64,000 bases of DNA. It comes from Nitrospinota bacterium (lineage in GTDB: Bacteria > UBA8248). Positions 50,646 to 61,372 of this stretch are shown here, piece after piece. The translations under genes were made by a program, and so were the position numbers. The stretch is taken from the NCBI GenBank assembly GCA_029937135.1, contig JAPYQX010000001.1, positions 5,790 to 69,789 on the forward strand, given 5' to 3'. The stretch's first letter is position 1; each line of letters starts with the position of its first letter. The notes under the pieces are model-generated. The model worked only from the letters and a program-made list of their open reading frames with translations. It did no database searches and was not told the DNA's origin.

Positions 50646-51973
50646 TGGCCAAACGTCACGTCATCGTCGGCGGGGGAACCGCCGGCTGGAACGCGATTAC
50701 CACGATTCGGGAAATTGACGGGGGGGATTCGGAGATTATTCTGGTATCCGCCGAAAACCCCTATTCGCGGATGGTTCTTCCCTACTACCTCTCGCAGGAA
50801 ATCGGCGAGGCGCATGTATTCACGGCGAGCGAAACCCGCCTTGGGGCGCTCGGGGTGGAGACGCGGTTTGGCCGCCGGGCGGTCAGGCTGAACCCCAACG
50901 ACAACAAGCTCATCCTCGATGACGACGAAGAGTTGGCCTATGACGATCTCCTGATCGCTACCGGCTCCTCGGCGGTCCGGGCGCCGGTGCCCGGCGCCGA
51001 CGGCGCGAATGTTCACAGCTTCTGGACGCTCGATCAGGCGAAGGAGGTGACCGCCAGTCTCAAACCGGGTGTGCGCGTGGCGATGATCGGTGCGGGTTTC
51101 ATTTCCTTTACGATTTTGAATGCCCTGATCAAGCGGGGCGCCGATCTCACCGTCATCGAGATCGCGCCGAGGATACTTCCCCGGATGGTGGACGACGCCG
51201 GGGCCGAAATCGTCCAGGGCTGGCTCGAGGAGCGAGGCGTGAAGATTCTGGCCGGAGCGGAGATCACTTCCATCGAGGATGCCCCGGGAGGCGGAAAGAC
51301 TCTCAAGCTCAAGGCCGGCGCGAACATCGAAGCCGATCTCGTGATCATGGCGACGGGAATCAAAACGAATCTGGAATGGCTCGAAGGCTCGGGTGTTGAG
51401 GTGAACAGCGGCGTTGTTGTCAACGATCACCTCCGCTCGAGCGATTCCAATATATATGCCGCGGGCGATGTGGCTGAGGGGCCCGATCTGCTGGGGGACG
51501 GAAAAGCGGTCCACGCCATCGAGCCCACCGCCATGCAGCACGGCAGGGTGGCCGGCGCGAACATGGCTGGCTTGGACACCGCCTACGAGGGCAGCCTCCT
51601 GATGAACATCGTCGATGTGCTCGATCTGGAGATTGCCAGCTTCGGCAACTGGAACGACGAAGATGCCGAAGTTATCCAGATTGTTAAAAAGGACCGTCCC
51701 GCCTACCGTAAACTTCTTTTTAACGGGGGGCGGCTCGTCGGGGCTATTCTCCTCGGGCGGAGCCGGGACATCTGGATGACGAACGACGTGGGGATGCTCA
51801 AGGGACTTGTTCAGAGCGGCTGCGATCTTTCCGAGTGGAAGGAGCACCTGCGCGGCAATCCATTTGATATCAAACGTGCATATCTCGCCGTGGGCGCCTC
51901 CGGGTCTCTGATACCGGAAACGCTGTTGGGCCGGCCCTCGGTCCCCGAGCGGGATATCGCTGTTCAGTCATAG
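50645..51973 (+). CDS. FAD-dependent pyridine nucleotide-disulfide oxidoreductase (AorC-like NAD(P)-linked subunit)
   Basis: ATG overlaps the previous stop. Contains GGGTAGWNA (FAD site), GAGFIS (NAD site) and AAGDVA motifs. Confidence 0.8.
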   Translation: MAKRHVIVGGGTAGWNAITTIREIDGGDSEIILVSAENPYSRMVLPYYLSQEIGEAHVFTASETRLGALGVETRFGRRAVRLNPNDNKLILDDDEELAYDDLLIATGSSAVRAPVPGADGANVHSFWTLDQAKEVTASLKPGVRVAMIGAGFISFTILNALIKRGADLTVIEIAPRILPRMVDDAGAEIVQGWLEERGVKILAGAEITSIEDAPGGGKTLKLKAGANIEADLVIMATGIKTNLEWLEGSGVEVNSGVVVNDHLRSSDSNIYAAGDVAEGPDLLGDGKAVHAIEPTAMQHGRVAGANMAGLDTAYEGSLLMNIVDVLDLEIASFGNWNDEDAEVIQIVKKDRPAYRKLLFNGGRLVGAILLGRSRDIWMTNDVGMLKGLVQSGCDLSEWKEHLRGNPFDIKRAYLAVGASGSLIPETLLGRPSVPERDIAVQS

Positions 51974-51997
51974 AAATAACATCGGGAGATACAGACA

Positions 51998-53884
51998 TTG
52001 AGCGACTCATACGCATATGCGGGACAAATCCTCAGAGTGGATCTTTCGGCCGGTAAAACATGGGCCGATCCGTTCACACCCGAGGACCAGCGGAAATATA
52101 TCGGCGGAGCCGGATTGGGCGCGAAAATCCTCTGGGAGGAAGTCCCCCCCGAGGTGGCATGGGACGATCCCGGCAACCGCCTCATCATGGCGACCGGCCC
52201 GCTCGCGGGCCTTCCGATTTGGGGAACGGGCGGGCTAACCGTCGTTACGCGTGGCGCGTTGACGGGGGGCGCCACAAACACGAACGCCAACGGCTTCTTC
52301 GGTGCGAATATCAAGCTCTGCGGTTATGACGCTCTTGTCCTCCAGGGACGCTCGGAGGGCTGGGTGTACGTTCATATCCAGGACGACCGGGTGGAGCTCA
52401 AGGACGCCACGCACCTGCTGGGCAAGGATACCTGGGAAACTCAACAGGCGCTCGAAAGCGAGTTGGGCCTCAGCGGCCACCAGCTCAGCGTGTATTCGAT
52501 TGGTCCGGCGGGCGAGAACCTTGTCCGCTTCGCCGCCATCCAGGGCGATTACGGCCATGTGGCGAGCAAAAACGGATGCGGGGCGGTCATGGGGAGCAAA
52601 AGAGTCAAGGCCGTGGTCATCGAGCGAGGTGGCAAGGGCATCTCGGTCGCTCACATGAAAGCGCTCTACGCCGCGGCGGACGAGATCGCCCACAATCTCC
52701 AGAACGATCCGAGTACAAAGGGCCTTTATCTGTACGGAACGCTGGGCGGGGTCCGGAATCTGCACGGGATGGGCGCTCTTCCTATCCGCAACTACACGAC
52801 GAACGTATGGCCTGATGGTTTGGAAACGAAAAAATGGGAGGGGCCCAGCCTCCGAGAGGGATTCGATCACCGGGGCCATCAGTGCAACGCCTGCGGCATG
52901 TACCATTGTCACATGCAGGTGATTTCCTCGGGGCCGCACAAGGGCGCCATCGTCGATGAACCCGAGTACGAGGGTTGGTCCGGGGCGGGCTGGGCCACCG
53001 GCGCCACCGAGCCCAGCGAGGTCTCCTGGATGAATACCCAGCTCGACCGCGCCTGCGTGGATGTCAACGAGTGGGGCTGGCTTTGCGGCTGGGTGATGGA
53101 GTGCCAGGAGAAGGGGTATATCAGCGAAAGCGACCTCGGCTTCCGGCTCGAATGGGGGGATATCGAAGGGGCGAACCGGCTGCTTCAGATGATCTCCCGC
53201 CGCGAGGGGATGGGCGATCTGCTCGCCGAGGGGGTGAAGCGGGCTTCCGAGAAGGTCGGGGGCGAGGCGGCGGACTGCGCCATTTATACGATGAAGGGCG
53301 ATTCGCCGCGCGGACACGACCACCGCGCGCGGTGGGAGGAGATGCTGGACACCTGCACCGGCGGCGGCGGGACGATGGACACCGCGCCCGCCGTGCAGCC
53401 GACCGAGTTTGGTCTTCCGGCCCGGATTGGCGCGCAGGACCCCGATTTGGTTCCCTTGGCGGTGGGGACGATGCGCGGCCGGCGTCATTTCGAGGATTCG
53501 CTGGGGGCGTGCGTGTTCACCACCCGCGTCCGGATGGAGGTGTTGTGCCGTTCGATCGAGGCCGCGACGGGCTGGGACATTCGCCGGGAGGAGGCGATGA
53601 CCGCCGGGCGGCGGACGGCGACGCTTTTCCGCGCTTTCAACCTGCGCTGCGGAATCGGCCCCGAGCTTGAGCGGCCCTCGAAGCGCTATGGCTCAACCCC
53701 CGTGGACGGTCCGCTCAAGGGGGTCTCGATCATGGACCAATGGGAAAAAATGCTGGATATTTGGTATGAGACCGTCGGCTATGATCGGGCGACGGGGCGG
53801 CCCACCGCCGAGACGCTCGCGGCGCTGGACCTCGAGGAGCTCATCGAGCCTCTCTGGGGCAAGGAAGCGGCCGCCAGGGTTTAA
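51998..53884 (+). CDS. aldehyde:ferredoxin oxidoreductase family tungsten enzyme (AorB-like)
   Basis: 628 aa. AOR N-terminal domain with a tungstopterin and [4Fe-4S] domain (Cys motifs CNACGMYHC, ...C...). Confidence 0.92.
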   Translation: MSDSYAYAGQILRVDLSAGKTWADPFTPEDQRKYIGGAGLGAKILWEEVPPEVAWDDPGNRLIMATGPLAGLPIWGTGGLTVVTRGALTGGATNTNANGFFGANIKLCGYDALVLQGRSEGWVYVHIQDDRVELKDATHLLGKDTWETQQALESELGLSGHQLSVYSIGPAGENLVRFAAIQGDYGHVASKNGCGAVMGSKRVKAVVIERGGKGISVAHMKALYAAADEIAHNLQNDPSTKGLYLYGTLGGVRNLHGMGALPIRNYTTNVWPDGLETKKWEGPSLREGFDHRGHQCNACGMYHCHMQVISSGPHKGAIVDEPEYEGWSGAGWATGATEPSEVSWMNTQLDRACVDVNEWGWLCGWVMECQEKGYISESDLGFRLEWGDIEGANRLLQMISRREGMGDLLAEGVKRASEKVGGEAADCAIYTMKGDSPRGHDHRARWEEMLDTCTGGGGTMDTAPAVQPTEFGLPARIGAQDPDLVPLAVGTMRGRRHFEDSLGACVFTTRVRMEVLCRSIEAATGWDIRREEAMTAGRRTATLFRAFNLRCGIGPELERPSKRYGSTPVDGPLKGVSIMDQWEKMLDIWYETVGYDRATGRPTAETLAALDLEELIEPLWGKEAAARV

Positions 53885-53931
53885 GGGGAACCAGCACTGT
53901 CCGGAAGAGCCGCCGTGGGGAGTTGTCATGG

Positions 53932-54258
53932 ATGAGGGCCGTCGTGGCTGAGGAAAAGCGAACCGTCGTGATTGAACTCCTCGCCTGGGCGACGGTGTTC
54001 GTCGGCGGGGACGGCAGCGAGAGCCGGGAGTTTTCCGAGGAAATCCTCCCCGGCGATACGATACGGGCCGTGCTCAAGCGCCACAGCCGCCGCCACCGTG
54101 ATCTGAACCATGCCCTCTGGGATCGTGGCTCGGACGATCTCGGCGAGCACATCGAAATCGCCGTGAACGACGCAATCCTGGGGATCAACCACACGCTCGA
54201 GAGCGAGGTGGTGGACGGGGACCGGATCATTCTCATGGGACAATACATGGGAGGATGA
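53932..54258 (+). CDS. MoaD/ThiS-family beta-grasp sulfur-carrier-like protein ending in Gly-Gly
   Basis: ATG 9 nt after GGGGAG. The C-terminus is ...DRIILMGQYMGG*. Confidence 0.7.
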   Translation: MRAVVAEEKRTVVIELLAWATVFVGGDGSESREFSEEILPGDTIRAVLKRHSRRHRDLNHALWDRGSDDLGEHIEIAVNDAILGINHTLESEVVDGDRIILMGQYMGG

Positions 54259-54319
54259 GGTTTCCGGCGGTCGTGTGCGCGGGAATCAACCGGGTGGACA
54301 TCCATCGAATGGCAATCAG

Positions 54320-54352
54320 GTGCGCGTCCTATCCGGGGCGCGCGCTTTTTTT
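54320..54352 (+). terminator. Rho-independent terminator after the AOR cluster
   Basis: A 7-bp GC stem (GTGCGCG/CGCGCGC) and a 12-nt loop, followed by T7. Confidence 0.6.
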
Positions 54353-54643
54353 CCTGAGCGGCTCAATCCTGAAAGGCCGCCGGGGGGTCCGGCGTTCAAC
54401 CGGTTGAAAAAACACTCTCAACCAAGCTTCCGTTCTGACATGATCGAAAGACCCAGCCAAGGGAGCGGTTTTGACGGGGAGCGGCCTTGAAACAGCCTCA
54501 CCCGCTTGGCGCGGTCCGGCGCCCCTGGAGAGAATTGACGCCGGATGGGCACTTTGTTAGCGTCCGCCTTTCCAGGGGAAGTTCTCCCCGTCAATGTTTT
54601 AGCGTCCCGAATTGTCGCCTAAAGAAATCCGGAGGTTTTTTTC

Positions 54644-55900
54644 ATGGTTTCTGCTCTCGAAATGATGGACCCCGAAATTTTCGACGCGATGGAAAAAGAA
54701 ACCACCCGGCAGGGGGACGAACTCGAGCTCATCGCTTCCGAGAATTACGTTAGCGCCGCGGTCATGGAAGCGGCCGGCGGCGTCATGACGAACAAGTACG
54801 CCGAGGGCCTGCCCGGAAAGCGCTACTACGGCGGTTGTGAATTCGTGGACATCGCCGAGACCCTGGCCATCGAACGCGCCAAGGCCCTTTTCGGCATGCC
54901 GCACGCCTCGGTTCAGCCCCACAGCGGAGCGCAGGCCAACGCCGCTGTCTTTTTTGGTCTCCTCGAGCCCGGAGACACTATTCTGGGAATGAACCTCTCC
55001 CATGGCGGCCATCTGACCCACGGCCACCCGGTCACGTTTTCGGGGAGATGGTTCAATGTTGTTGCCTATGGCGTCGATCCCGAGAACCACATCATCGACT
55101 TCGAGGAAGTCGAGAAACAGGCCAGGGAACACAGGCCGAAGGTGATTATCGTGGGCGCGAGCGCCTACCCGCGAACCATCGACTATCAAAGGTTTCGCCA
55201 GATCGCCGATGAGGTGGGCGCGGTGGTCATGGCCGATATCGCCCATATCGCCGGGCTTATCGTCGCGGACGAGCACCCCTCGCCCGCCGGACACGCCCAC
55301 ATTGTCACCACCACGACCCACAAAACGCTTCGCGGCCCGCGCGGGGGCATCATTTTCGCCGACGAGGAACACGCCGCTGCCATGAGCAAGGCGGTTTTCC
55401 CGGGAATGCAGGGCGGGCCGCTGATGCACATCATCGCGGCCAAGGCGGTGGCGCTCAAGGAAGCCGCGTCCTCCGAATTTCGCGGCTACGCCGCCCAGAT
55501 TGTCAGAAACGCCAAGGCGCTGGCGGAGTCTTTCAAGGGAAGGGGCGTTCAAATGGTATCGGGCGGAACGGACAATCACCTGCTCCTGCTCGATTTGCGC
55601 GAGGCCGGATTCAGCGGACGAAAAGCCGAGGGCGCTCTCAGCCGCGCCGGGATTACGGTCAATAAAAACGCGATTCCGTTCGATACCCGAAAGCCGACGC
55701 TCACCAGTGGAATCCGGATAGGAACCCCCGCCCTGACCTCGCGGAAGATGAAGGAGCCTGAGATGCAGGTGGTTGGCGGCTGGATCGCCGATGTTTTGAA
55801 CAATATCGAAGACGAAGACCTCATCGCTTCGATCCGCAAGGATGTCCGGGAGCTTTGCGTGAAATTCCCGATGGGCCCTGGCGGCGCCCGCCCGCAGTAG
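54644..55900 (+). CDS. glyA: serine hydroxymethyltransferase
   Basis: 418 aa. PLP-lysine motif [13 protein letters not shown]. Canonical throughout. Confidence 0.97.
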   Translation: MVSALEMMDPEIFDAMEKETTRQGDELELIASENYVSAAVMEAAGGVMTNKYAEGLPGKRYYGGCEFVDIAETLAIERAKALFGMPHASVQPHSGAQANAAVFFGLLEPGDTILGMNLSHGGHLTHGHPVTFSGRWFNVVAYGVDPENHIIDFEEVEKQAREHRPKVIIVGASAYPRTIDYQRFRQIADEVGAVVMADIAHIAGLIVADEHPSPAGHAHIVTTTTHKTLRGPRGGIIFADEEHAAAMSKAVFPGMQGGPLMHIIAAKAVALKEAASSEFRGYAAQIVRNAKALAESFKGRGVQMVSGGTDNHLLLLDLREAGFSGRKAEGALSRAGITVNKNAIPFDTRKPTLTSGIRIGTPALTSRKMKEPEMQVVGGWIADVLNNIEDEDLIASIRKDVRELCVKFPMGPGGARPQ

Positions 55901-56012
55901 TCCTGGGCGGTTCCGGGTGCGTTATTCCGGGATTAATCCGCATAACCCGGAGCCGTTCCGGGTTCCGGCGCCTGTGATACCTCATGTTCCTTCTGTCTTT
56001 CCGTGTGCCCTT

Positions 56013-57431
56013 CTAACCCTCGTATGGCGCGTATTGAAACCGAACCGCGCCGGTTTTTTCCAGTTGATGGGCCGCCGCGATGGTTTTGTGATCGTGAAGC
56101 GGCGGGCCGATGAGCTGGGCCCCGAGCGGGAGGCCCTCGCCGCTGAAGCCGGCCGGAAACGAGGTGGCGGGAAAACCCAGGAAGTTGATATGCCGGGTCA
56201 GGGCGATCAGGTGGCCCCGCGCGGCGTATTCCTTTCCGCCGATGGTGACCGTTTTCGCGGACCGCAGGGGCGCTGGCATCGGCGTCGCCGCCGCCAGGAC
56301 CAGATCCACCTTTCCGAATACCTCCTTGAGCACCCGAGCCGTCCACTGCGAGCGGAACCGTTGGGCCTGGATGTAGGCGGTCGCGGGGACGAAAAATCCA
56401 ATCAACAGCCGCTCAAGCACCATCGGGTCGTAATCGTCCGCTCGCGCGCGGACATCCTTTTCGTGAATGGCCGAAGCCTCGGACATCATGAAATTCGTGG
56501 CTGTATCGTAGGCGGTTTCGAGATCGGGAATATCCACCTCGATAACCTGGGCCCCCGCGTCGGCCAGCGCCCGGGCGGTTTCTTCGATTGCCTTGACCAC
56601 GGCGGGGTCCGACTGGTCGGCGTAGTAGCTTCGTGCATGGCCGATCCGGACTCCCTTGAGCGGCGTGTCCAGGGCTTCGGTGAAGTCGGGCGCCTCGACC
56701 TGGAGCGAACTGGGGTCCTCCGGGTCCGGGCCCGCGATGGCGGTCATCATCAGGGCGCAGTCCTCGGCGGAGGCGGCAAGGGGGCCAAAGCTGTCCAGCG
56801 ACCATGAAAGCGGAATACAGCCCGCTTTCGTCACCAGCCCGAAGGTGGGTTTATGTCCGAATGCTCCGCAGAGGGATGCGGGAATCCGGATCGAGCCGCC
56901 CGTATCCGAGCCGATTGTGATGGAGGCCTGCCCGGTTAAAACCGCGTTGGCCGAGCCTCCGCTGGAGCCGCCTGTGACCCGCTCCGGGTCCCATGGGTTT
57001 TTCTGATCGCCGTAGTGGGGGTTGTGGCCGGAGGGGCCGAAGGCGAATTCCTGGAGATTGAGTTTCCCTAGGATAACCGCTCCGGCCTCCCTGATTTTCC
57101 GGGTGAGCGGGGCGTCCCCGGCGGCCACGTTGTCGCGGTAGATCAGGCTTCCGGCGGTGGTGCGGAGCCCGGCCACATCGATGAGGTCCTTCAGGCCGAC
57201 CGGAACGCCCGTCAGCGGCCCGCGCGCGGAACCCTCCGCGATGCCGCGATCAACCTTGCGGGCTTCGCTCAGCGCGCCTTCCCGGTCCAGGGTGATCCAG
57301 GTATTAAGGCCCGGCCCGATTTTTTCGGCGCGATCGAGAAACGCTTCCGCCGCCTCGAGCGCGGAGATTTCCTTTGCCCGGATTTTCCGGGCGAGAGCGG
57401 CGGCCGGCAGGCGCGTGATGTCATTCGCCAT
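56013..57431 (-). CDS. amidase-signature family amidase
   Basis: GGSSGGS and Ser-cisSer-Lys triad context (GSDTGGSIRIPA). GAGGAG RBS. Confidence 0.9.
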   Translation of the reverse strand: MANDITRLPAAALARKIRAKEISALEAAEAFLDRAEKIGPGLNTWITLDREGALSEARKVDRGIAEGSARGPLTGVPVGLKDLIDVAGLRTTAGSLIYRDNVAAGDAPLTRKIREAGAVILGKLNLQEFAFGPSGHNPHYGDQKNPWDPERVTGGSSGGSANAVLTGQASITIGSDTGGSIRIPASLCGAFGHKPTFGLVTKAGCIPLSWSLDSFGPLAASAEDCALMMTAIAGPDPEDPSSLQVEAPDFTEALDTPLKGVRIGHARSYYADQSDPAVVKAIEETARALADAGAQVIEVDIPDLETAYDTATNFMMSEASAIHEKDVRARADDYDPMVLERLLIGFFVPATAYIQAQRFRSQWTARVLKEVFGKVDLVLAAATPMPAPLRSAKTVTIGGKEYAARGHLIALTRHINFLGFPATSFPAGFSGEGLPLGAQLIGPPLHDHKTIAAAHQLEKTGAVRFQYAPYEG

Positions 57432-57621
57432 GGCTAGGGCTCCTCAGGATGGTGCGATGGCCCATCGGCTCCGAATCGGGGGTCAGACCGGCCACGGTTT
57501 GATCGTTGGCCCGGTCGAGGGACCCCAGAAGCGCGGCGAGGCCGGATCGCCGGCCGGCGTTAAGTGGTTTCCCGAATATTTCTTGGTAGCGGCGTGAGAT
57601 TTCTTCGTCGGAAACGGACAC
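57421..57621 (-). CDS. hypothetical small protein (66 aa) overlapping the amidase start by 11 nt; possible small partner subunit
   Basis: GTG start 9 nt after ACGGAG. High GC3 consistent with coding sequence. No recognisable motif. Confidence 0.3.
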   Translation of the reverse strand: MSVSDEEISRRYQEIFGKPLNAGRRSGLAALLGSLDRANDQTVAGLTPDSEPMGHRTILRSPSHGE

Positions 57622-57683
57622 GAGACATTCTCCGTGAATTGAGGGTTTAAACGGGAGTTTGGAAGGATGCTAGCCTGTCCTCT

Positions 57684-57728
57684 CCGCCGGATGCAAATCC
57701 GCTGGATGCTAATCCGCCGGACACAAGT
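57684..57728. repeat. three tandem 15-bp repeats (CCGCCGGATGCAAAT / CCGCTGGATGCTAAT / CCGCCGGACACAAGT) in the divergent amidase/BON promoter region
   Basis: Directly visible. Confidence 0.45.
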
Positions 57729-57840
57729 TCCCGGGGGGGGCCTTTTCTTGATTCCCGGCCTTGGGTTTCACCCTTGAATCAGGGCCTTGAAAGGTGGAAA
57801 ATCACCCCATCGATTCGCTCCGCCCCCCCGGGAACGTGAA

Positions 57841-58488
57841 ATGCACTTTGGTGAGTTGATTCGGCGTGTCGGCCTGCTGACGCTGACGGGGATTTTGGTT
57901 TTCCTCCTCGGGGGATGCACTTTTGTCATCAAGGAAACCTTCACCCGCGGGCTTCAGGACAGAACCGGGGCTGAGCAACTGGACGACGCCCGCATAGATG
58001 TTGTTTTCACCGAGAAAATCAACAGGATCAACACGGACCTGATTTATGACGTATTCATCGATGTCTGGAAGGGGCGGGTCATGCTGACGGGGGTGGTGGA
58101 CGATCCCCGGATGATTTCAACCCTTTCCCGGCTGGCTGGCGAGGATGTCCAGACAAGAGCCGTATATAACGAGATACAGGTTGTGCCGCGCAAGGAAAAG
58201 GGGGATCTGGAGAATACCCTCTCGCCTCTCCAGAAACTCAGCGATTTGTTTCTTGAGCTGAATGTCAAAACGAGGCTTTTTTCGGACGAGAAAGTGAAGT
58301 CGATTAATTATCATCTGCGCTCGGTGCTGAACCGGGTCTATGTCATTGGGCGCTCCGAAAGCACCGAGGAGCGCCGGCGCGTGCTCCGCCTCATACGCGA
58401 GACGCAGGGCGTCAAGAGCCTAAAGGAATTTATCGAGATAGCGCCGCCGGCCCGGATTAATTCGACGGCCGGGCTGACTCGGAATTAA
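57841..58488 (+). CDS. BON-domain lipoprotein (OsmY-like)
   Basis: Signal plus lipobox (LLGGC) and two BON-like repeats. Confidence 0.7.
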   Translation: MHFGELIRRVGLLTLTGILVFLLGGCTFVIKETFTRGLQDRTGAEQLDDARIDVVFTEKINRINTDLIYDVFIDVWKGRVMLTGVVDDPRMISTLSRLAGEDVQTRAVYNEIQVVPRKEKGDLENTLSPLQKLSDLFLELNVKTRLFSDEKVKSINYHLRSVLNRVYVIGRSESTEERRRVLRLIRETQGVKSLKEFIEIAPPARINSTAGLTRN

Positions 58489-58513
58489 ACCAACCTTTCA
58501 TTTTGGGATTTTA

Positions 58514-59527
58514 ATGACTCGCCTTGGAATACTGGACCAGTCTCCGATACGAAGTGGAGGCACGGCTGCGGACGCCATCCGCGAGACGGTGCTGCTCGCC
58601 GAGGCTGCTGAGCGCCTGGGCTATCACCGCTACTGGGTGGCCGAGCATCACAACCATCCCGGCCTGGCGGGACCCTCGCCCGAGGTCATGATTGGCCAGA
58701 TAGCCGCGCGAACGAAAAAAATGCGTGTGGGCGCGGGCGGGGTCATGCTCAGCCACTACAGCCCGTTCAAGGTGGCGGAGAATTTCAGGGTCCTGGAGAC
58801 GCTCTATCCGGGGCGAATCGACTTGGGAATCGGCCGGGCGCCGGGGTCGGACCGCATCGCCTCGCGCGCGCTGGCGAACGGCGGAAACCCGCTGTCCGTC
58901 GAGGATTTTCTGAGAAAAGTCTCCGACCTGCTCGGCTATCTCGGCGACGGCCTCGAACCAGGTCACCCCTTCGAGAGCCTCCGGGCGATGCCGGACGGCC
59001 CGACCCAGCCGGTGACCTGGCTGCTCGGCTCGAGCGATCAGAGCGCCATCCTCGCCGCGCATTTCGGCTGTCCGTTTTCCTTTGCCCACTTCATCAACAA
59101 TCACGGCGCGGCGCAGGTGATGGGCATCTACCGCGATAATTTCAAGCCCACGCCTCGGCTCACCGCGCCGGAGGCCAGCCTGGGCGTGTTTGTTTTTTGC
59201 TCGGAGGACAGAGACGAAGCCCTGCGCCACGCGGCAAGCAGGGGATTGTTCTTCCTCAGGACTCGCATGGGGGAGTCGGGGGGCGTTCCCTCTCCCGAGG
59301 AGGCGCTCTCCTATCCCTATACCGAGATGGAGCGCGCTTTCGTGAGCGACACCCTGAGCCGGACCATCGCCGGCACGCCCGAGGAGGTGAAGGCGCGGAT
59401 GCTCGCGCTGGGCGAGGAGACGGGGGTCGATGAGTTTGTCGTCGTGAACCAGTGCCATGACTTCGGTTTCAGGCTGAAAACCTACGAGCTTTTGGCCGAG
59501 GTTTTTGAGCTTGAGACGCGGGAGTAG
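58514..59527 (+). CDS. LLM-class flavin-dependent oxidoreductase (luciferase-like)
   Basis: Matches the LLM pattern. Motifs ...YHRYWVAEHH... and GIGRAPG. Confidence 0.85.
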   Translation: MTRLGILDQSPIRSGGTAADAIRETVLLAEAAERLGYHRYWVAEHHNHPGLAGPSPEVMIGQIAARTKKMRVGAGGVMLSHYSPFKVAENFRVLETLYPGRIDLGIGRAPGSDRIASRALANGGNPLSVEDFLRKVSDLLGYLGDGLEPGHPFESLRAMPDGPTQPVTWLLGSSDQSAILAAHFGCPFSFAHFINNHGAAQVMGIYRDNFKPTPRLTAPEASLGVFVFCSEDRDEALRHAASRGLFFLRTRMGESGGVPSPEEALSYPYTEMERAFVSDTLSRTIAGTPEEVKARMLALGEETGVDEFVVVNQCHDFGFRLKTYELLAEVFELETRE

Positions 59528-59566
59528 TGGCGCGAGAGAGCGGCGCGGGGGTAGCTGGAGGCTTTC

Positions 59567-61372
59567 CTACGCGTGTTTCCTCGCCCTGAGCTCGGTCTTG
59601 CGGAAGCGAAAGGCGTCGGGCGTAACCTCGAGGCATTCCCCCTCTTTAAGAAACTCGATGGCCTGCTCAAGGCTGAACTGACGCGGCGGGACGATCTGGG
59701 CGCTGATGTCGGCGCCCGAGGCGCGCATGTTGGTGAGTTTTTTCTCTTTCGTGATGTTGATGTCCATGTTCTGCACCCGGCTGTTCTCGCCGATGATCAT
59801 CCCCTCGTAGACCTCATCGGTCGGCGAGACGAAGAGAACCCCCCGGTCCTGTAAATGTTCAATGGCGTAGGCGGTGACTTTCCCCCCCCGGTCGGCGACG
59901 AGGGCGCCCGTGATCCGGCCGGGGATATCTCCCGCCCAGGGCTCCCACCCTCCGAATAGGGTGGTGAAAATGCCGCTGCCCCGCGTATCGGTGAGAAATT
60001 CATTACGGTAGCCAAATAGTCCCCGGCTCGGAATTTTGAACTCGAGGCGGGCGCGGCCCCGGCCCGGGTTGGCCATCAGGGTCATCTTTCCCCGGCGCTC
60101 GCCGAGTTTTTGGGTGACGATGCCAATATATTCCTCGGGAATGTCGATGACGGCGTTCTCGACGGGCTCGAGCGTCTTTCCCCCATCAGTGCGCGTGATG
60201 ACCTCCGGCCGGCCGACGATGAGCTCGAACCCCTCGCGGCGAAGCTGCTCGATCAGGATGGCGAGCTGAAGCGAGCCGCGCCCCGATAGGCGGAAAGCGT
60301 CGGAGGAGCCGGTTTCCTCGGCCACGATGGCCGGGTTGTTCAGCGCTTCCCTGAAGAGGCGCTCCCCGATCTGGCGCGAGGTGAGGAGCTTGCCGCTCCG
60401 GCCCGAGAAGGGGGAATCGTTTACCCGGAAAACCATCGTGATTGTCGGCTCATCGAGAACGATGGGGGGAAGCGGGCGCGGGTCCTCCGGGTCGGCGATG
60501 GTGTCCCCGATGTTGATTGGATCAAAGCCCGCGACGGCGACGATATCCCCCGCCCGCGCCTCCTTGATTTCCTTTCGCTGGAGACCTTCGTAACCGTAAA
60601 GGACAGTCACCTCGGCGGTTTGGCTCTTGCCATCAACGCCGATCAGTGTGCATTTCTCACGGGCCCGGATCGAGCCGTTCCACACGCGCCCGATGGCGAG
60701 GCGGCCGACGTAGTTATCGTATTCGAGCTGTACGACGAGGAGCTGAAGCGGCGTGTCCTCATCGAATTTCGGCGGGGGAATGGTATCGAGCAGGGCTGCG
60801 AAAAGGGGATCGACGTTTTCCGCCAGCACGTCCGGGGAGGTGCCCGCCCGCCCGTCCTTGGCGATGGCGTAGAGGACGGGGAAATCGAGCTGATTTTCAG
60901 TCGCGTCGAGGTCGATAAAAAGATCGTAAATTTCGTTCAACACTTCCTCAATCCGCGCGTCCGAGCGATCCACCTTGTTGATAACAACGACGAAGGGAAG
61001 CTCATGCTCGAGGGCCTTTCCGACAACGAACCGCGTCTGCGGAAGCGGGCCCTCGGAGGCGTCCACGAGGAGCAGGGCTCCGTCCACCATTGAGAGCACC
61101 CGTTCGACCTCGCCGCCGAAATCGGCGTGCCCCGGCGTATCGACGATGTTGAAGGTCGTATCGCCGTATTTGATCGCGCAGTTTTTCGCCATGATCGTGA
61201 TGCCTTTTTCGCGCTCTAAATCCATCGAGTCGAGAACGCGCTCGGCTACCGCTTGGCCCTCGCGGAAAATACCGCTCTGCCAGAGCATGGAATCGACGAG
61301 GGTGGTCTTGCCGTGATCGACATGGGCGATGATGGCGAAGTTTCGGATGTCGTTTCGGGTGGTAATGGCCAT
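59567..61372 (-). CDS. typA: translational GTPase TypA/BipA
   Basis: ATG 6 nt after [23 protein letters not shown] and NKVD G-motifs. Total length about 600 aa. Confidence 0.95.
   Translation of the reverse strand: MAITTRNDIRNFAIIAHVDHGKTTLVDSMLWQSGIFREGQAVAERVLDSMDLEREKGITIMAKNCAIKYGDTTFNIVDTPGHADFGGEVERVLSMVDGALLLVDASEGPLPQTRFVVGKALEHELPFVVVINKVDRSDARIEEVLNEIYDLFIDLDATENQLDFPVLYAIAKDGRAGTSPDVLAENVDPLFAALLDTIPPPKFDEDTPLQLLVVQLEYDNYVGRLAIGRVWNGSIRAREKCTLIGVDGKSQTAEVTVLYGYEGLQRKEIKEARAGDIVAVAGFDPINIGDTIADPEDPRPLPPIVLDEPTITMVFRVNDSPFSGRSGKLLTSRQIGERLFREALNNPAIVAEETGSSDAFRLSGRGSLQLAILIEQLRREGFELIVGRPEVITRTDGGKTLEPVENAVIDIPEEYIGIVTQKLGERRGKMTLMANPGRGRARLEFKIPSRGLFGYRNEFLTDTRGSGIFTTLFGGWEPWAGDIPGRITGALVADRGGKVTAYAIEHLQDRGVLFVSPTDEVYEGMIIGENSRVQNMDINITKEKKLTNMRASGADISAQIVPPRQFSLEQAIEFLKEGECLEVTPDAFRFRKTELRARKHA

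Noticed and set aside
54259-54643. Possible ZTP (pfl) riboswitch in the 385-bp region upstream of glyA (GGUCGUG.../ACCGGGUGGA.../CCGCCGGGGGG-like strings)
   Set aside because: The 5' portion is explained by the Rho-independent terminator of the AOR operon (54320-54352). The remaining matches to the pfl consensus are loose and out of register. A long, moderately structured glyA leader remains (hairpins at about 54410-54432 and 54600-54615), but I cannot support a specific riboswitch call.
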